From Antechinus flavipes (Eukaryota): 64,000 bases of DNA. Made by a program: the position numbers and the translations under genes. Position 1 is the stretch's first letter. The number at the start of each line of letters is the position of its first letter. Shown in pieces: positions 25,721 to 37,733 of the stretch. The notes beneath the pieces are model-generated. The model made no database searches. It was not told the DNA's origin and was given only the letters and a program-made list of their open reading frames with translations. The stretch lies in assembly GCF_016432865.1 (NCBI RefSeq), contig NC_067401.1:372558001-372622000 (forward strand), read 5' to 3'.

Positions 25721-26144
25721 AGGATGTTACATGCATGCGATGAAGAGGGAAAGTAATGTAGGGAGTGAGAGAGTGAGGGGTTAAAAAGACTTCTGAGTTG
25801 AATCTTGAAGAAAGCTAGAGACTTTATAAAGTGGGAGTGAGAAGGGAGAGCATTCCAAACCTAGGGGACAGCCTGTGCAAAGACATGAAGATGGGAGATG
25901 AATCAACATAAATGGGTATTTATGGTTAGACCATAGCACCATAGAGTGTAAGGAGGGGAATAAAGTATAACAAGACTGAAAAGATTAATAAAGAGGCCAT
26001 GTGAAGAGTTTTAATCTATAGTACAAGGTAAAGAATGTTGAATTTGAACCAGATGATCTGGGTTCAAATTTCAGTTCAAATTGAGCCTCATTTTTTTCCC
26101 CTTTAAAATAAATGAGGATATACAAAATTATCAGGGTAACAATG

Positions 26145-26360
26145 GGGAGATAGCCCAATAGATAAAGTGCTAGCCTAATCAAGAAGACTCATTTTCATAA
26201 GTTCAAATCTGGTCTCAGACTCTTACTAGCTGTATGATCTTGCGCAAGTCACTTAACTTCTTTGCCTCAGTTTCCTTATCTGTGAAATAAGCTGGTGGAG
26301 GACATGCCAATAAAACCCCAAATGGGATCACAAAGAATCATAAATAAGCTGAAACAACAT
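26145..26360 (+). mobile_element. Mar1-type CORE-SINE
   Basis: Core aaatctggtctcagactcttactagctg and tail aaaaccccaaatgggatcacaaag. Confidence 0.75.
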
Positions 26361-26938
26361 GACTGATTTCTGTGATCCCCTATAGCTTCAGTGATTCTAA
26401 AGTTTCCCTGATAGGAAAGGTTATTGTATATTACAATAAGTGCTAAAAGGGGAGATTGTAGATATGTATTTTTTCTCTTAGAGGCATTTAATAATAGGAT
26501 AGATTCTTAACTGTCTGGTACTAAGGGAGGTGGAGGGCAGTCCATCACCATTAACTACATTAACTACATTTTTGTCAGAATTACAGCTAGTTCTAAGAAC
26601 TGTGTGGTTCAGAGTCTACTGCTGATGTTTCATATATGTTTTTTTTTTTTAAAAAGGTAACCCAATGATAATTCACTTATTTAACAAGCATTTATCAAAC
26701 ATTTATCCATAGGACTATTTCAGGTGGGGAGTTGAGAGATAAAATACAAAGGACATAATCTCTATTCATCGTAGAAATGTTAAGTTGAAGACTAATGAGA
26801 GGAGAAATTTAGAGAAAGAACAGGGATCTTAAAGCCTTTGAGTCCAATCCCTTCATTTTGCAAATGAGGCTCAGAGAAATTAAATGACTTACTCAGAATT
26901 ACTCAGCTATAAGTGTCTAGAGACAAGATTCAACCCTT

Positions 26939-29900
26939 GTTTTTTTTTTCCCTCTAATTCCCACTTCAATATTGTTTCCATGTTACCATCTAGCTGAATG
27001 GTGCAACTAAATAACCAGGAACTTTGAAGTCTACATCTAGGAGCTGGACAAGATAAATTAGTCAACAGGAAATATCTGTAGGTTTTTTAACAGGGAGGGA
27101 ATGTGATGAATGCAATGACTCACAAACACATTTAAGTACATCACATATAATAGGCTCTCCTCTATTAGAGGTGGACCCAATGGATACAGTGTTGGACCCA
27201 GAGAAAGGAAAAATTGAATCTAAGTCCTGCCTTAGGTACTTGGGCACCTCAACCTCTGCTAACTCATTGTCTTCAACTGTAAATTGGGGATAGTAATAGT
27301 ACCTAATTCCCAGGGTTGCTGTGAAAACCAAATGAGCTAATATTGTAAAGCACTTAACACAGTGCTTACCATATGGTAGGTACTTAACACATGTTTATCT
27401 TCTATATTTCTTCTTCTGGGCATTGGGGAAATATTTTTGGAAGTGTAATGCCTTCTTCAGAAAGCTGGAGGATGCAGAAAGATTGGCCTGGACCCACACA
27501 AACGTCTAACACTTAAGAATCTGGGGCTCATCTCCTGAAACAAAGAAATATTGTATAATTTGGGACTGAGTAGAACTCTGTAGGAGTAGCACAGGTCCTC
27601 ATGCTTTATACCAGCAGTGACTGTTATAGAGAGAACATAGTTCCTGCCCTCAAGGAGCTTCTTGGGCAATCAGGTACCAATTCAGCTGAAATACAACAGT
27701 ATCTAAGGGGTGCATTTGAGATTTACAGAACATATCATTATGTAAATATAGTGTTTGAGGAAATCAATCATCAGACAAAATTATAGATGCAATCCTCAGT
27801 TGACTTTCAAAAATATTTTATATTAATCCAGCATAGTACAATATAAATAGTATGTACCTACTAAATTTTTTAGAATTGAATAGAATTCTTATTTTTGTCT
27901 TTTAAAAAATTTGGTAGATAGTTACTACAAAGACTATTAGAATCTTTTTAACAAATAAAGAAATTGAAGCTTGGAGTGGTTCCATCACTAATCCTTGATT
28001 TCATAACCAGTAGCATCCCAAGTAATATTTGAATCCAAATCTTCCTGACCTCAAGTATAGCATTTAACTTTAACATATTTAATATGTATGGGACTACCTG
28101 CCATCTAGGGGAAGGAGGAGAAAAGTTGGAACAGAAGTTTTTGCAAGGGTCAATGTTGAAAAATGACTCATGCATAGGTTTTATCAATAAAGAAGCTATT
28201 TTAAAAAAGTACAGCATTTAAATCTAACTAGTTAATGTAGGTGCTTTAGTTAATCCAATGTTTAGAAGAAAAAAAAAATGGAAAAAGCCAGCCAAATGTT
28301 TCCCAGTAAAGAAAAACTGCATGTTTGGGATTTTTTGTTTAGCTGGGTATTTTTTTAAAAAAAGATAGGAGATGGGTGACTTCCATATGTATAGGAAGAG
28401 AATATCCTGAGATGATTATAAAGCTCAGGAATAGTTTTTTTTTTTCCCTCTAATTCCCACTTCAATATTGTTTCCATGTTACCATCTAGCTGAATGGTGC
28501 AACTAAATAACCAGGAACTTTGAAGTCTACATCTAGGAGCTGGACAAGATAAATTAGTCAACAGGAAATATCTGTAGGTTTTTGAACAGGGAGGGAATGT
28601 GATGAATGCAATGACTCACAAACACATTTAAGTACATCACATATAATAGGCTCTCCTCTATTAGAGGTGGATAAGTGACCCAATGGATACAGTGTTGGAC
28701 CCAGAGAAAGGAAAAATTGAATCTAAGTCCTGCCTTAGGTACTTGGGCACCTCAACCTCTGCAACTCATTGTCTTCAACTGTAAATTGGGGATAGTAATA
28801 GTACCTAATTCCCAGGGTTGCTGTGAAAACCAAATGAGCTAATATTGTAAAGCACTTAACACAGTGCTTACCATATGGTAGGTACTTAACACATGTTTAT
28901 CTTCTATATTTCTTCTTCTGGGCATTGGGGAAATATTTTTGGAAGTGTAATGCCTTCTTCAGAAAGCTGGAGGATGCAGAAAGATTGGCCTGGACCCACA
29001 CAAACGTCTAACACTTAAGAATCTGGGGCTCATCTCCTGAAACAAAGAAATATTGTATAATTTGGGACTGAGTAGAACTCTGTAGGAGTAGCACAGGTCC
29101 TCACGCTTTATACCAGCAGCGACTGTTATAGAGAGAACATAGTTCCTGCCCTCAAGGAGCTTCTTGGGCAATCAGGTACCAATTCAGCTGAAATACAACA
29201 GTATCTAAGGGGTGCATTTGAGATTTACAGAACATATCATTATGTAAATATAGTGTTTGAGGAAATCAATCATCAGACAAAATTATAGATGCAATCCTCA
29301 GTTGACTTTCAAAAATATTTTATATTAATCCAGCATAGTACAATATAAATAGTATGTACCTACTAAATTTTTTAGAATTGAATAGAATTCTTATTTTTGT
29401 CTTTTAAAAAATTTGGTAGATAGTTACTACAAAGACTATTAGAATCTTTTTAACAAATAAAGAAATTGAAGCTTGGAGTGGTTCCATCACTAATCCTTGA
29501 TTTCATAGCCAGTAGCATCCCAAGTAATATTTGAATCCAAATCTTCCTGACCTCAAGTATAGCATTTAACTTTAACATATTTAATATGTATGGGACTACC
29601 TGCCATCTAGGGGAAGGAGGAGAAAAGTTGGAACAGAAGTTTTTGCAAGGGTCAATGTTGAAAAATGACTCATGCATAGGTTTTATCAATAAAGAAGCTA
29701 TTTTAAAAAAGTACAGCATTTAAATCTAACTAGTTAATGTAGGTGCTTTAGTTAATCCAATGTTTAGAAGAAAAAAAAAGAAAAAGCCAGCCAAATGTTT
29801 CCCAGTAAAGAAAAACTGCATGTTTGGGATTTTTTGTTTAGCTGGGTATTTTTTTAAAAAAAGATAGGAGATGGGTGACTTCCATATGTATAGGAAGAGA

Positions 29901-29950
29901 ATATCCTGAGATGATTATAAAGCTCAGGAATAGTTTTTTTTTTTCCCTCT
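26939..29950 (+). repeat. Tandem segmental duplication: copy 1 26939-28433, copy 2 28434-29932
   Basis: Near-identical ~1.5 kb units (duplicated ORFs offset by 1502); motif G-T10/11-CCCTCT at 26939, 28434 and 29933. Confidence 0.96.
27990..28210 (+). mobile_element. Older short L1 3' end (duplicated at ~29492-29712)
   Basis: actttaacatatttaa...gtcaatgttgaaaaat...aataaagaagctat resembles the 3' ends at 7383 and 61474. Confidence 0.75.
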
Positions 29951-30138
29951 GAGAAAGGTATGTTGCATTCTCTATGGTATTTAGAAAGCTGGGCATGTGC
30001 CTCATGTGAAATATTTATTTTTTTTTGAAATGCCACCAGCATTTATTTAATTCCAGATAAACTTCATCAATTCGAGCTCATAGGTTTGAAAAGGACATCA
30101 GAGGTCACTGTAGTCCAACTTCTACCCTTTATAGGCTG

Positions 30139-30379
30139 ACTTTTCTCTAATTCAGATTGTCATTCAACCCTAATAAATTTGAATTAATGAAGTGCCAATA
30201 TATTTAATTGTTTATCTAAATTTCCTAAATTCACTTTTTTTTTTAACCTACCCTCCATTTCTATCCTTTCTCCAGTTATCTTTTTTTTCTGTTATTCTGA
30301 GTAAGGCAGGGATGGGCGAAATCCAGGGATTCTTGAGTACTCTGATGGAAAAAAAGGAAAAACCTCTTGACTGAGGATG
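30139..30379. repeat. Copy A of a diverged ~240-bp local duplication (copy B 31809-32051)
   Basis: 6 mismatches in the first 94 nt, about 80% identity over a 50-nt block further on; spacing 1670 bp. Confidence 0.92.
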
Positions 30380-31079
30380 TATGTGATATGAAGTGATTTG
30401 ATCATAAGTTCAATGAGAGCACAAACTCTCTTTCTTTTTTCTTATTTGTAACCACACTTAGCATAGTACCTGGAACATAGTAGGCAATTAATAAATGTTT
30501 ATTGACTGATCACAGACCTTGCAGATTCTAGAAGGGACATTAAGGATCTGGTCCAACCCCTTCATTTTGCAAGTAATAAAGCCAGACCCATCTTGGTGAA
30601 ATGATTTATCCAAGATCACAAGGTGGTCCTCTAGCTCCAAGTACTTGTGGTCTTTCAGCTCTAACACACTGTTGTCCAATGTCATATAGGATTGAGACTT
30701 TGAACCTAGATTTTCTGATTCAAATACAGTGTTCCTTCTGTTACAATGCAAATTAATATTTGCAATTATTCCTTTGAGCTGATCTCAAAACTTTTTTCCC
30801 TCCGGAGGCAATTCGGGTTAAGTGACTTGCCCAAGGTCACACAGCTAGGAAGTATTAAGTGTCTGAGACCATATTTGAATTCAGGTCCTCCCGACTTAAG
30901 GATCTTAGAACTTTTACTAGGATGTTTATACCAAGTCTTAAAGTATTAGCAGAGTAAGCATGGAGTGATCATGACTTGTCCAAGATCACAGTATGCAACA
31001 TGGAATTTGAACTCAAATACTCTGCCTCAGTCTCTAGTGTAATATGTTGTATTGTTTTACAGATGAGGAAATGGATAGA

Positions 31080-31330
31080 TGAAGCAATTTGCTTCCCACA
31101 GCTAGTAAGTGGCAAAGTCAGGGTAATGATTGACTTGAAGTATTTGAAAGTATGTCACATGGAACAATGGTTGGTCTTGTTCTGCTTGGCCCGAAAATTA
31201 GGCAGAATTAAGAGGCTACTTTGGGAAGTAAGAGATTTCTTGTAATCGGAGTTATTTAATTAAGACCTGATGAACATTTGTATTTTGAGATTGGAATGGG
31301 GGAGATTCTTGCCACATGTGGACTGAACTA
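31080..31330 (+). mobile_element. L3/CR1 3' fragment
   Basis: LKYLKVCHMEQWLVLFCLA resembles the CR1 ORF2 C-terminus (FKYLKGCH.EEG.DLF.L). Confidence 0.65.
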
Positions 31331-31944
31331 TGGGTTGATTTCCACTCCAACATTAAGATTCTGAGAGGACTTCTATATCATGGAAACATGGAGGACTTTA
31401 ATGGAGAAACAAGATGAGAGCTTTTAAAGGGAAAGAGAGGAATGAGGTCAGCAACAAGATACCCAGGATGTGAAGCTTAAGGTGAAAAGAATGTAGGAAA
31501 TAGATGAGCCTATCCTATTAGCCCAGGGACTCTTTCTAAGGGTGTCTCCTTGTTGTGGGCACCCTCAGGAGAAACCTGACAACTTCATTCCTAGTGACTG
31601 GAGTAGTTTATCTTTACTGCCTATGCAAAGCTAATGGGCAAAACTTTAGTACCTTAATTGTTTGCATATGCCTGCTAATCACAGAAGAATCTCAGCTATT
31701 CATTAAAATAGGCCCTGGACTTAGAAATTGCTCGTTAGCAGTAACTTTCCAGTTACCTGTATGTTAGAAAAGATGACAACTGTATTCCTTTTAAAAAATC
31801 TATCTCTCACTTTTCTCTAATTCAGATTGTCATTCAACCCCAATTAATTTGAACTAATGAGGTGTCAATATATTTAATTGTTTATCTAAATTTCCTAAGT
31901 TCACCTTTTTCCTATCTACCCTTCATTTCTCCCCCATCTCTCAC

Positions 31945-32013
31945 CTGTCATCTCTTCTCTGTTGTTCTGGGTAGGGCAGGGGTGGGTGAGATCCAGGAGC
32001 TTTTGAGGTCACC
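31945..32013 (-). other. Candidate 69-nt symmetric (phase 2-2) exon, xVTSKAPGSHPPLPYPEQQRRDDx
   Basis: Acceptor tctttgcttttgcccatcag|, donor CAG|GTGAGA, one open frame; the paralogous copy A has a stop and has lost the donor. Confidence 0.4.
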
Positions 32014-35000
32014 CTGATGGGCAAAAGCAAAGACTTTTTTGACTGAGGATGCAATGTCATATTCTTTAAAAGGATTTGGCTAAGCAGTTTGTAAGCAGTG
32101 GAGGGGCCAGCAGACAATGGCCCAACTGAGCTCATTACCATGTCAGCCTCTTACCCTATCACAATTTGAGGTTTGGTATCTAATAGGTGACTTCAGGGCT
32201 GATTCTGTTTGCCTTTTCTCAGCTGTCTTGGGAAAAAAAATACCAACTCCAGAATGTCATTCAATTTCCTTTTCTAAAAATGCACTTGAAATTTTCTTTG
32301 GTTATTATCTTTTGTTTTTACATCACCTTCATTTTCAAACATGTCCTTCTCCCTTACCCTCAACAGAGAGCCATCCCTTGTAACAAAGGATAAAAAGAGG
32401 GGAGTGAGGGAAGACAGTTTAGCAAAATCTAACATATCAGCTGAATCAGACAGAATATAGTGTTCTATACCCACAAACCCTCACCTCTACAAAGAGGGGA
32501 GAAAAGTATATTTTCTTTTCTTACACAATATTCAGCTTTTAAAAATTTCACTTTTGTGAGTCCCCTTTTTCTTGCCAGCTTCTCTGACCCAAGGAAGCAC
32601 TCTGAAAAGAACACCAGATTTGAAGTCAGAGACCAGGTTCAAGTCCTCGACTTGCCTCTAGCTAGTTGTGGGACCTATTTCTAGCTCTGTGTAACTGGGA
32701 TGGGGGTCTCTGAGCAAATCATTTATCCTCATGGAGCCTCAGTTTCCTCACCTGTAAAATGAAGAAATTGGACGGCTTTTTCTAGGGTTTTCTCTAGGTC
32801 TAACTTTCTATTACATTTATTGAGCCATAGAACCTTCTCTTCTTTCACCTGAACTGTTGCCCTAATCTACCTGGTTTCCCTGCCTCAATTTCCTTCCCTC
32901 TTCACTTTCCTTACAGTTTCCAAGGTGGTTTTCCAAAGTGTAGATCTGACCATGCTTCTCCTCTACCTTTCCAGTGTTCCTTTACCTTATTCTCTGCCAA
33001 ACATTCTGTTCCCATAATATCAGCCTACTGGCAGTCTCTTGAACATGACACTATCTCCTGGCTCTGTTTCTAATACCACTCACCATATTTGGATTATACT
33101 TCCTCATCTCAGCCTTCTGGTTTCTCTGATTTTCTTCAAGACTCACCTCAAATCCCACTTATTCCAAAAGATCTTTCTCAGTCCTTCCAGGCTGCAAATT
33201 ACTCTTTTTCTGACGATTCTTTCCACCTACTGTATATATGTACAAAATATCTTGAATCTACCTAGTTATTTATAAGTTATCTCCTTCACTGCAGTGGAAA
33301 TTCTGCTGGGTTTTGCCTTTTTTGGTATCCCCAGCACTTAGAATAATACTTGATATATAGCCAGCATCTATAAAACCTTGATGACATACCAACTGACTGA
33401 TTGCCTGATATCTCAAGTCTGTAGTCAGGTGGATAAATGGAAGGAAGACTACTATGGATTTATGTGGTGGATCAGAAAGTTTCTTTTTCCCTACTTCTGT
33501 TTAAAAGCAGACTAATTTCTAACTGCAGTCTCCATGCCTGTTAACTTGAGCAGTGTTCAACAGGGACCCAACATGGGATTTTCTATCAATGTCTCAGATG
33601 GACAGAGAAATTTTGGGTCTAGATGCTGTTATGATTGACAACTTGGAAAGCTATGAATTCTGTCAAAGCCTGAGTGTGCAAAGATGGCACAGAGTATACT
33701 AGGATATTAGAACTTGAACTTTAGAGACTACATAGTTCAACTTTTTTAGTTTATGAATGGGATAACAGATAACAAGATGACTTGTTTGGAGTCATATAGC
33801 TGAAACTGGATTCCAGGTGTTTTGAACTTCAGTACAATATTTTATTCTTTGTACTATGATATCCCTTTTGGATGGAAGAATGGTAAATGCTCCTATTTCC
33901 TCTACTATAGGAGTGCACAAAGTTTCTAGGAGACAAAAGAAGAACATTATTAACCACATAAATGTAGAATTGGAAGGAACCATAAATTTAATCTTATCCA
34001 TCACATTATTTATCCACACATTTTACAGATGAAGAAACTCAATCTTTTCCAGTGTCACATGGGAAAAGGGTGTCAGTTAGGATTCAAATCCAGATTCCCT
34101 GACTGATACTTAATGTATTCTCCTCTCCAGTAATTTTTTGGCAATATCTTCTATCATACATGTAGTAGTGGAAAATGAGTTCAAATATTGTTCTTAGCCA
34201 TCAGGAAGGTAACTCAGAACCTAGTCTAGATGCATAGACCTTGCAGACAGCGTCAGAGAAAATATGATCTGACATAATGACATAACACATGCTGACAAGC
34301 TATATAAACACTTCTAGCCATAAGACATCAATAATGAGTATGTAAGTAACAGAGGCTTTGTTGCCAAAGTGACCCCCAGAGCAAGGGCAGGACTAGGCAT
34401 TTCTGAGCCAATTGCAATGGTGGGTATTGTTCTGTACCCTGACCTCTAAGAAAAACAGCAGTATCCCCTTCTTGCCTTTCATTTCCCATTCCCAGGCCCG
34501 CATCCCAGTTGACCTGGCCCATCCAAGAGGGTTAGGTCAGTTTCTTGCTCCCTGCCCTCTCAAGGGGCAAGGATGTGTCCCTATTTGGCAGGAGTGGCTG
34601 GGGGGTGGGAAGCTGTCATTGTGGAAGGCCCGGGGAAAGGCTCTAGGGGAGGAATGACTGCCATAGCAGATGAGAGCACAGAGGAAGGAGGGGTAGAGGC
34701 AGCAGCTGCTGTCGGTGCACCTCCTCCAGCTCTGAGCTTGTGGCTTCTGGCCCATCTTGAAGCCAGAGGGAGGTTTCTTTAGGGAAGGGTCCTCTAGAGA
34801 GGAATGGATTTGCTATCCTGGTTGACCTCAGGAGGGAATAATAGAATAAGTAACAAAGCAAAGCTGCTACTCCGAGAGCACAGATAATTGCACGACATTG
34901 TTCATGAAAGACCTTTCTTTCTCATCTCTCTGCCTGAATATACCTCCCCCCTTTGCTCAAACAGATGTCTCTGGAATAATCAATTCATGGTTGGTCTGAC

Positions 35001-35579
35001 CATTCTAACATTTTTTTGTGGGCGCTTATAAATCTAGTTCTTTAATTAAATAATAATTCAAATCAGCAAACACTTATTAAGCACCTACTATTTGCAAAGT
35101 ACTACAAAGACAAAAATGACAGTTCCTCTCTTTGATGACCTTATGTTCACCTGAGGTGGAGGTTGAGAGGGTGGGATAGTACACAAAAATTCATATAAGT
35201 TAAGTAAATATAAATAATTTCAAAATGGAAAGTGCCAATAGTTTAGGATATCAGGAAAGATCTTTTCTAGGAAAAGGTACCTGAATTCTGTTTTGAAGGC
35301 ATCTGCAGATTTTCTGGGGCAGGGGAAGAAGGAATGCCTTCCAGACATGAGGACTTATGATTTATGAGGTAAGAAAGTTGAAAATAGAATTTTGTGTGTA
35401 AGAGCAGATAGCAGACCACTTTGACTGAAGGGAGAGTGTAAAAAAGGGAGGAATATGAAATGACTTGAAAGGTAATTTAGACAATGCAGGGCCTCAAATG
35501 TCAGGCAGTGGAATAGATATGTTAAACCAGAGGCAATAAAGAACCATTGAAAATTTTTTAGTATGAGACCAGAGATATT

Positions 35580-35810
35580 CAGAAGCCAGTTTGTACTAAC
35601 CAGATCGTGAAAGCCTGTTGTTAAATTTTCAATGTGAGCATTTATACCTTGGAAATCAGCAAAACTACAAAACAAAATTTGCTTTATTGTTTTGTTGATT
35701 ATCTGGTTTTAAATAAGTGATGGAGAAAATGGTAGTAATGCAGATTAAACATTAAAGTGTATTGTGCATACTTTTTTTTTCAGAGAACAGCTGTTAAAAG
35801 TATATCCCTA
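35580..35810 (+). mobile_element. Ancient DNA-transposon-like repeat (second copy ~49757-49910)
   Basis: Both loci share tattgtttt..tgatt.tct.g..ttaa....tgat.g..aaaatg.ta.taatgcagattaaa; family not identified. Confidence 0.5.
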
Positions 35811-36405
35811 TCTGGGGCTAACATGATAAGATCTTCATATTAGTGGAGTATGAATTGGGGAAGATAGAAACTTGGGAAAACAAGATCACATTTGATAGTA
35901 CATAGAAGAGATAATGAATACTTGAACTAGAGAGATGGCTAACTGAATGGAGAGAATGAGGAAAATGTGAGAGATATTGATTCTACTTCTATTAGATGAT
36001 TGATTGGATATGGGAGAAGAGGTAAGAGTAAAGTATGATTCTGTAATTGCAAACTGAAGTGAACTCAAGGTTGGTAATATCTTCAATAGACATAGGATTG
36101 TTTAGAAGCAGGATGAACTTGGGGAAAATATAAGAAATTCTATTTTGGACATGTTTTGAAATGCCTACAGATATGGAAATGGAGATTATAGTAGGTAGTC
36201 TGTAATGGGAGAGTGAAGTTTAGGATAAAATTTAGGGCTGAATATATTGATTGGGAGCTCTTCTCAATTTATCCATTTCTCTTTTGTGCTTCTTTTAGGT
36301 TTGTTTGTTGGGTTTCTAATTGTTGTACAGACATATTTCTTTCATCAATCCTCTCCTTTTCTATTTTGGTAATTTTTAGGGCTGTGTTTTGTATGTGTAT
36401 ATGCA

Positions 36406-36414
<9 letters not shown>

Positions 36415-36444
<30 letters not shown>
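36415..36444. repeat. (GT)15 microsatellite; a (GAAA)n tract follows at ~36721-36800
   Basis: Seen directly. Confidence 0.96.
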
Positions 36445-36445
<1 letters not shown>

Positions 36446-37638
36446 CCCTTCCCTACCTGCCCATCTAAGGACTACTGTATCTCAAATTGTTTTATGTTAT
36501 TTCATCATTATACTTTTTAACATAATTATTAATCATTTTATAATTGGTTCTTTGACTCACCCATTATTTAGGATTTTATTATTATTGCTCCATTTAAATC
36601 CATATCTTTTGTTATTTCTCCCTAAACTGATGGCCATTTTTAATAGAATCTGAGCTCAAATTTGTCCACACAGACTTATTAGCTATATGACCCTGGGCAA
36701 ATCACTAAAATGAGTGTTTTAGAAAGAAAGAAAGAAAAAAGAAAGAAAGAAAGAAAGAAAGAGAAAGAAAGAATGAAAAAGAGTAAAGAAAAGAAAAAGA
36801 TGTTCTAAATGTTTGGTTTCTAAATGCAATTTGTTGAATTTTTTTCTTTTTTCTTCTCTGAACTCCAAAACATGCAATATTTTGTGCCTGTTTTCAGTGC
36901 AAAACATGGAGGTTTGGTGAGCCTTCTTGGCCGCAAATTATTGAAGGACTGGTGTGTGAAGTGTTGAAGGGTAATTTGATTGATTTAGGAACTGGAAGAG
37001 CTAATGATGCAGGAGAACTTGAACAGAGTCAGCATATAAAAAGTTTGAGTAATGGTCTTTCTTGGGCTACCTGAGTGAGGAAGACTCTTTAACTGTTAAC
37101 TAGGGGGTAGGGTAGATTTATTTCCCCACCCAGTCTTCATATGTTCATAANNNNNNNNNNNNNNNNNNNNNNNNNNNNNNNNNNNNNNNNNNNNNNNNNN
37201 NNNNNNNNNNNNNNNNNNNNNNNNNNNNNNNNNNNNNNNNNNNNNNNNNNNNNNNNNNNNNNNNNNNNNNNNNNNNNNNNNNNNNNNNNNNNNNNNNNNN
37301 NNNNNNNNNNNNNNNNNNNNNNNNNNNNNNNNNNNNNNNNNNNNNNNNNNNNNNNNNNNNNNNNNNNNNNNNNNNNNNNNNNNNNNNNNNNNNNNNNNNN
37401 NNNNNNNNNNNNNNNNNNNNNNNNNNNNNNNNNNNNNNNNNNNNNNNNNNNNNNNNNNNNNNNNNNNNNNNNNNNNNNNNNNNNNNNNNNNNNNNNNNNN
37501 NNNNNNNNNNNNNNNNNNNNNNNNNNNNNNNNNNNNNNNNNNNNNNNNNNNNNNNNNNNNNNNNNNNNNNNNNNNNNNNNNNNNNNTCCAACCCTCCCTC
37601 CTTCTCTCCTTCTCTCTCTCTCTCCTCTCCCCCCTCAG

Positions 37639-37733
37639 CAAATAGAGCCAGAAACAGAGACCACCAGGATTGCCATTAAAGCAGCTGAATTATCTCTCTG
37701 ATCCAGTCCAGCAAAGACTGACTCACTCATCAG
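37639..37733 (+). other. Candidate 95-nt non-coding (UTR or lncRNA) exon
   Basis: CT-rich tract plus ccccctcag| acceptor, CAG|GTGAGA donor; stops in all three frames. Confidence 0.35.

Noticed and set aside
27457-29719. Paired near-identical ORFs (27457/28959, 27948/29450) as paralogous genes
   Set aside because: They are by-products of the tandem duplication over L2/L1/MIR fragments.
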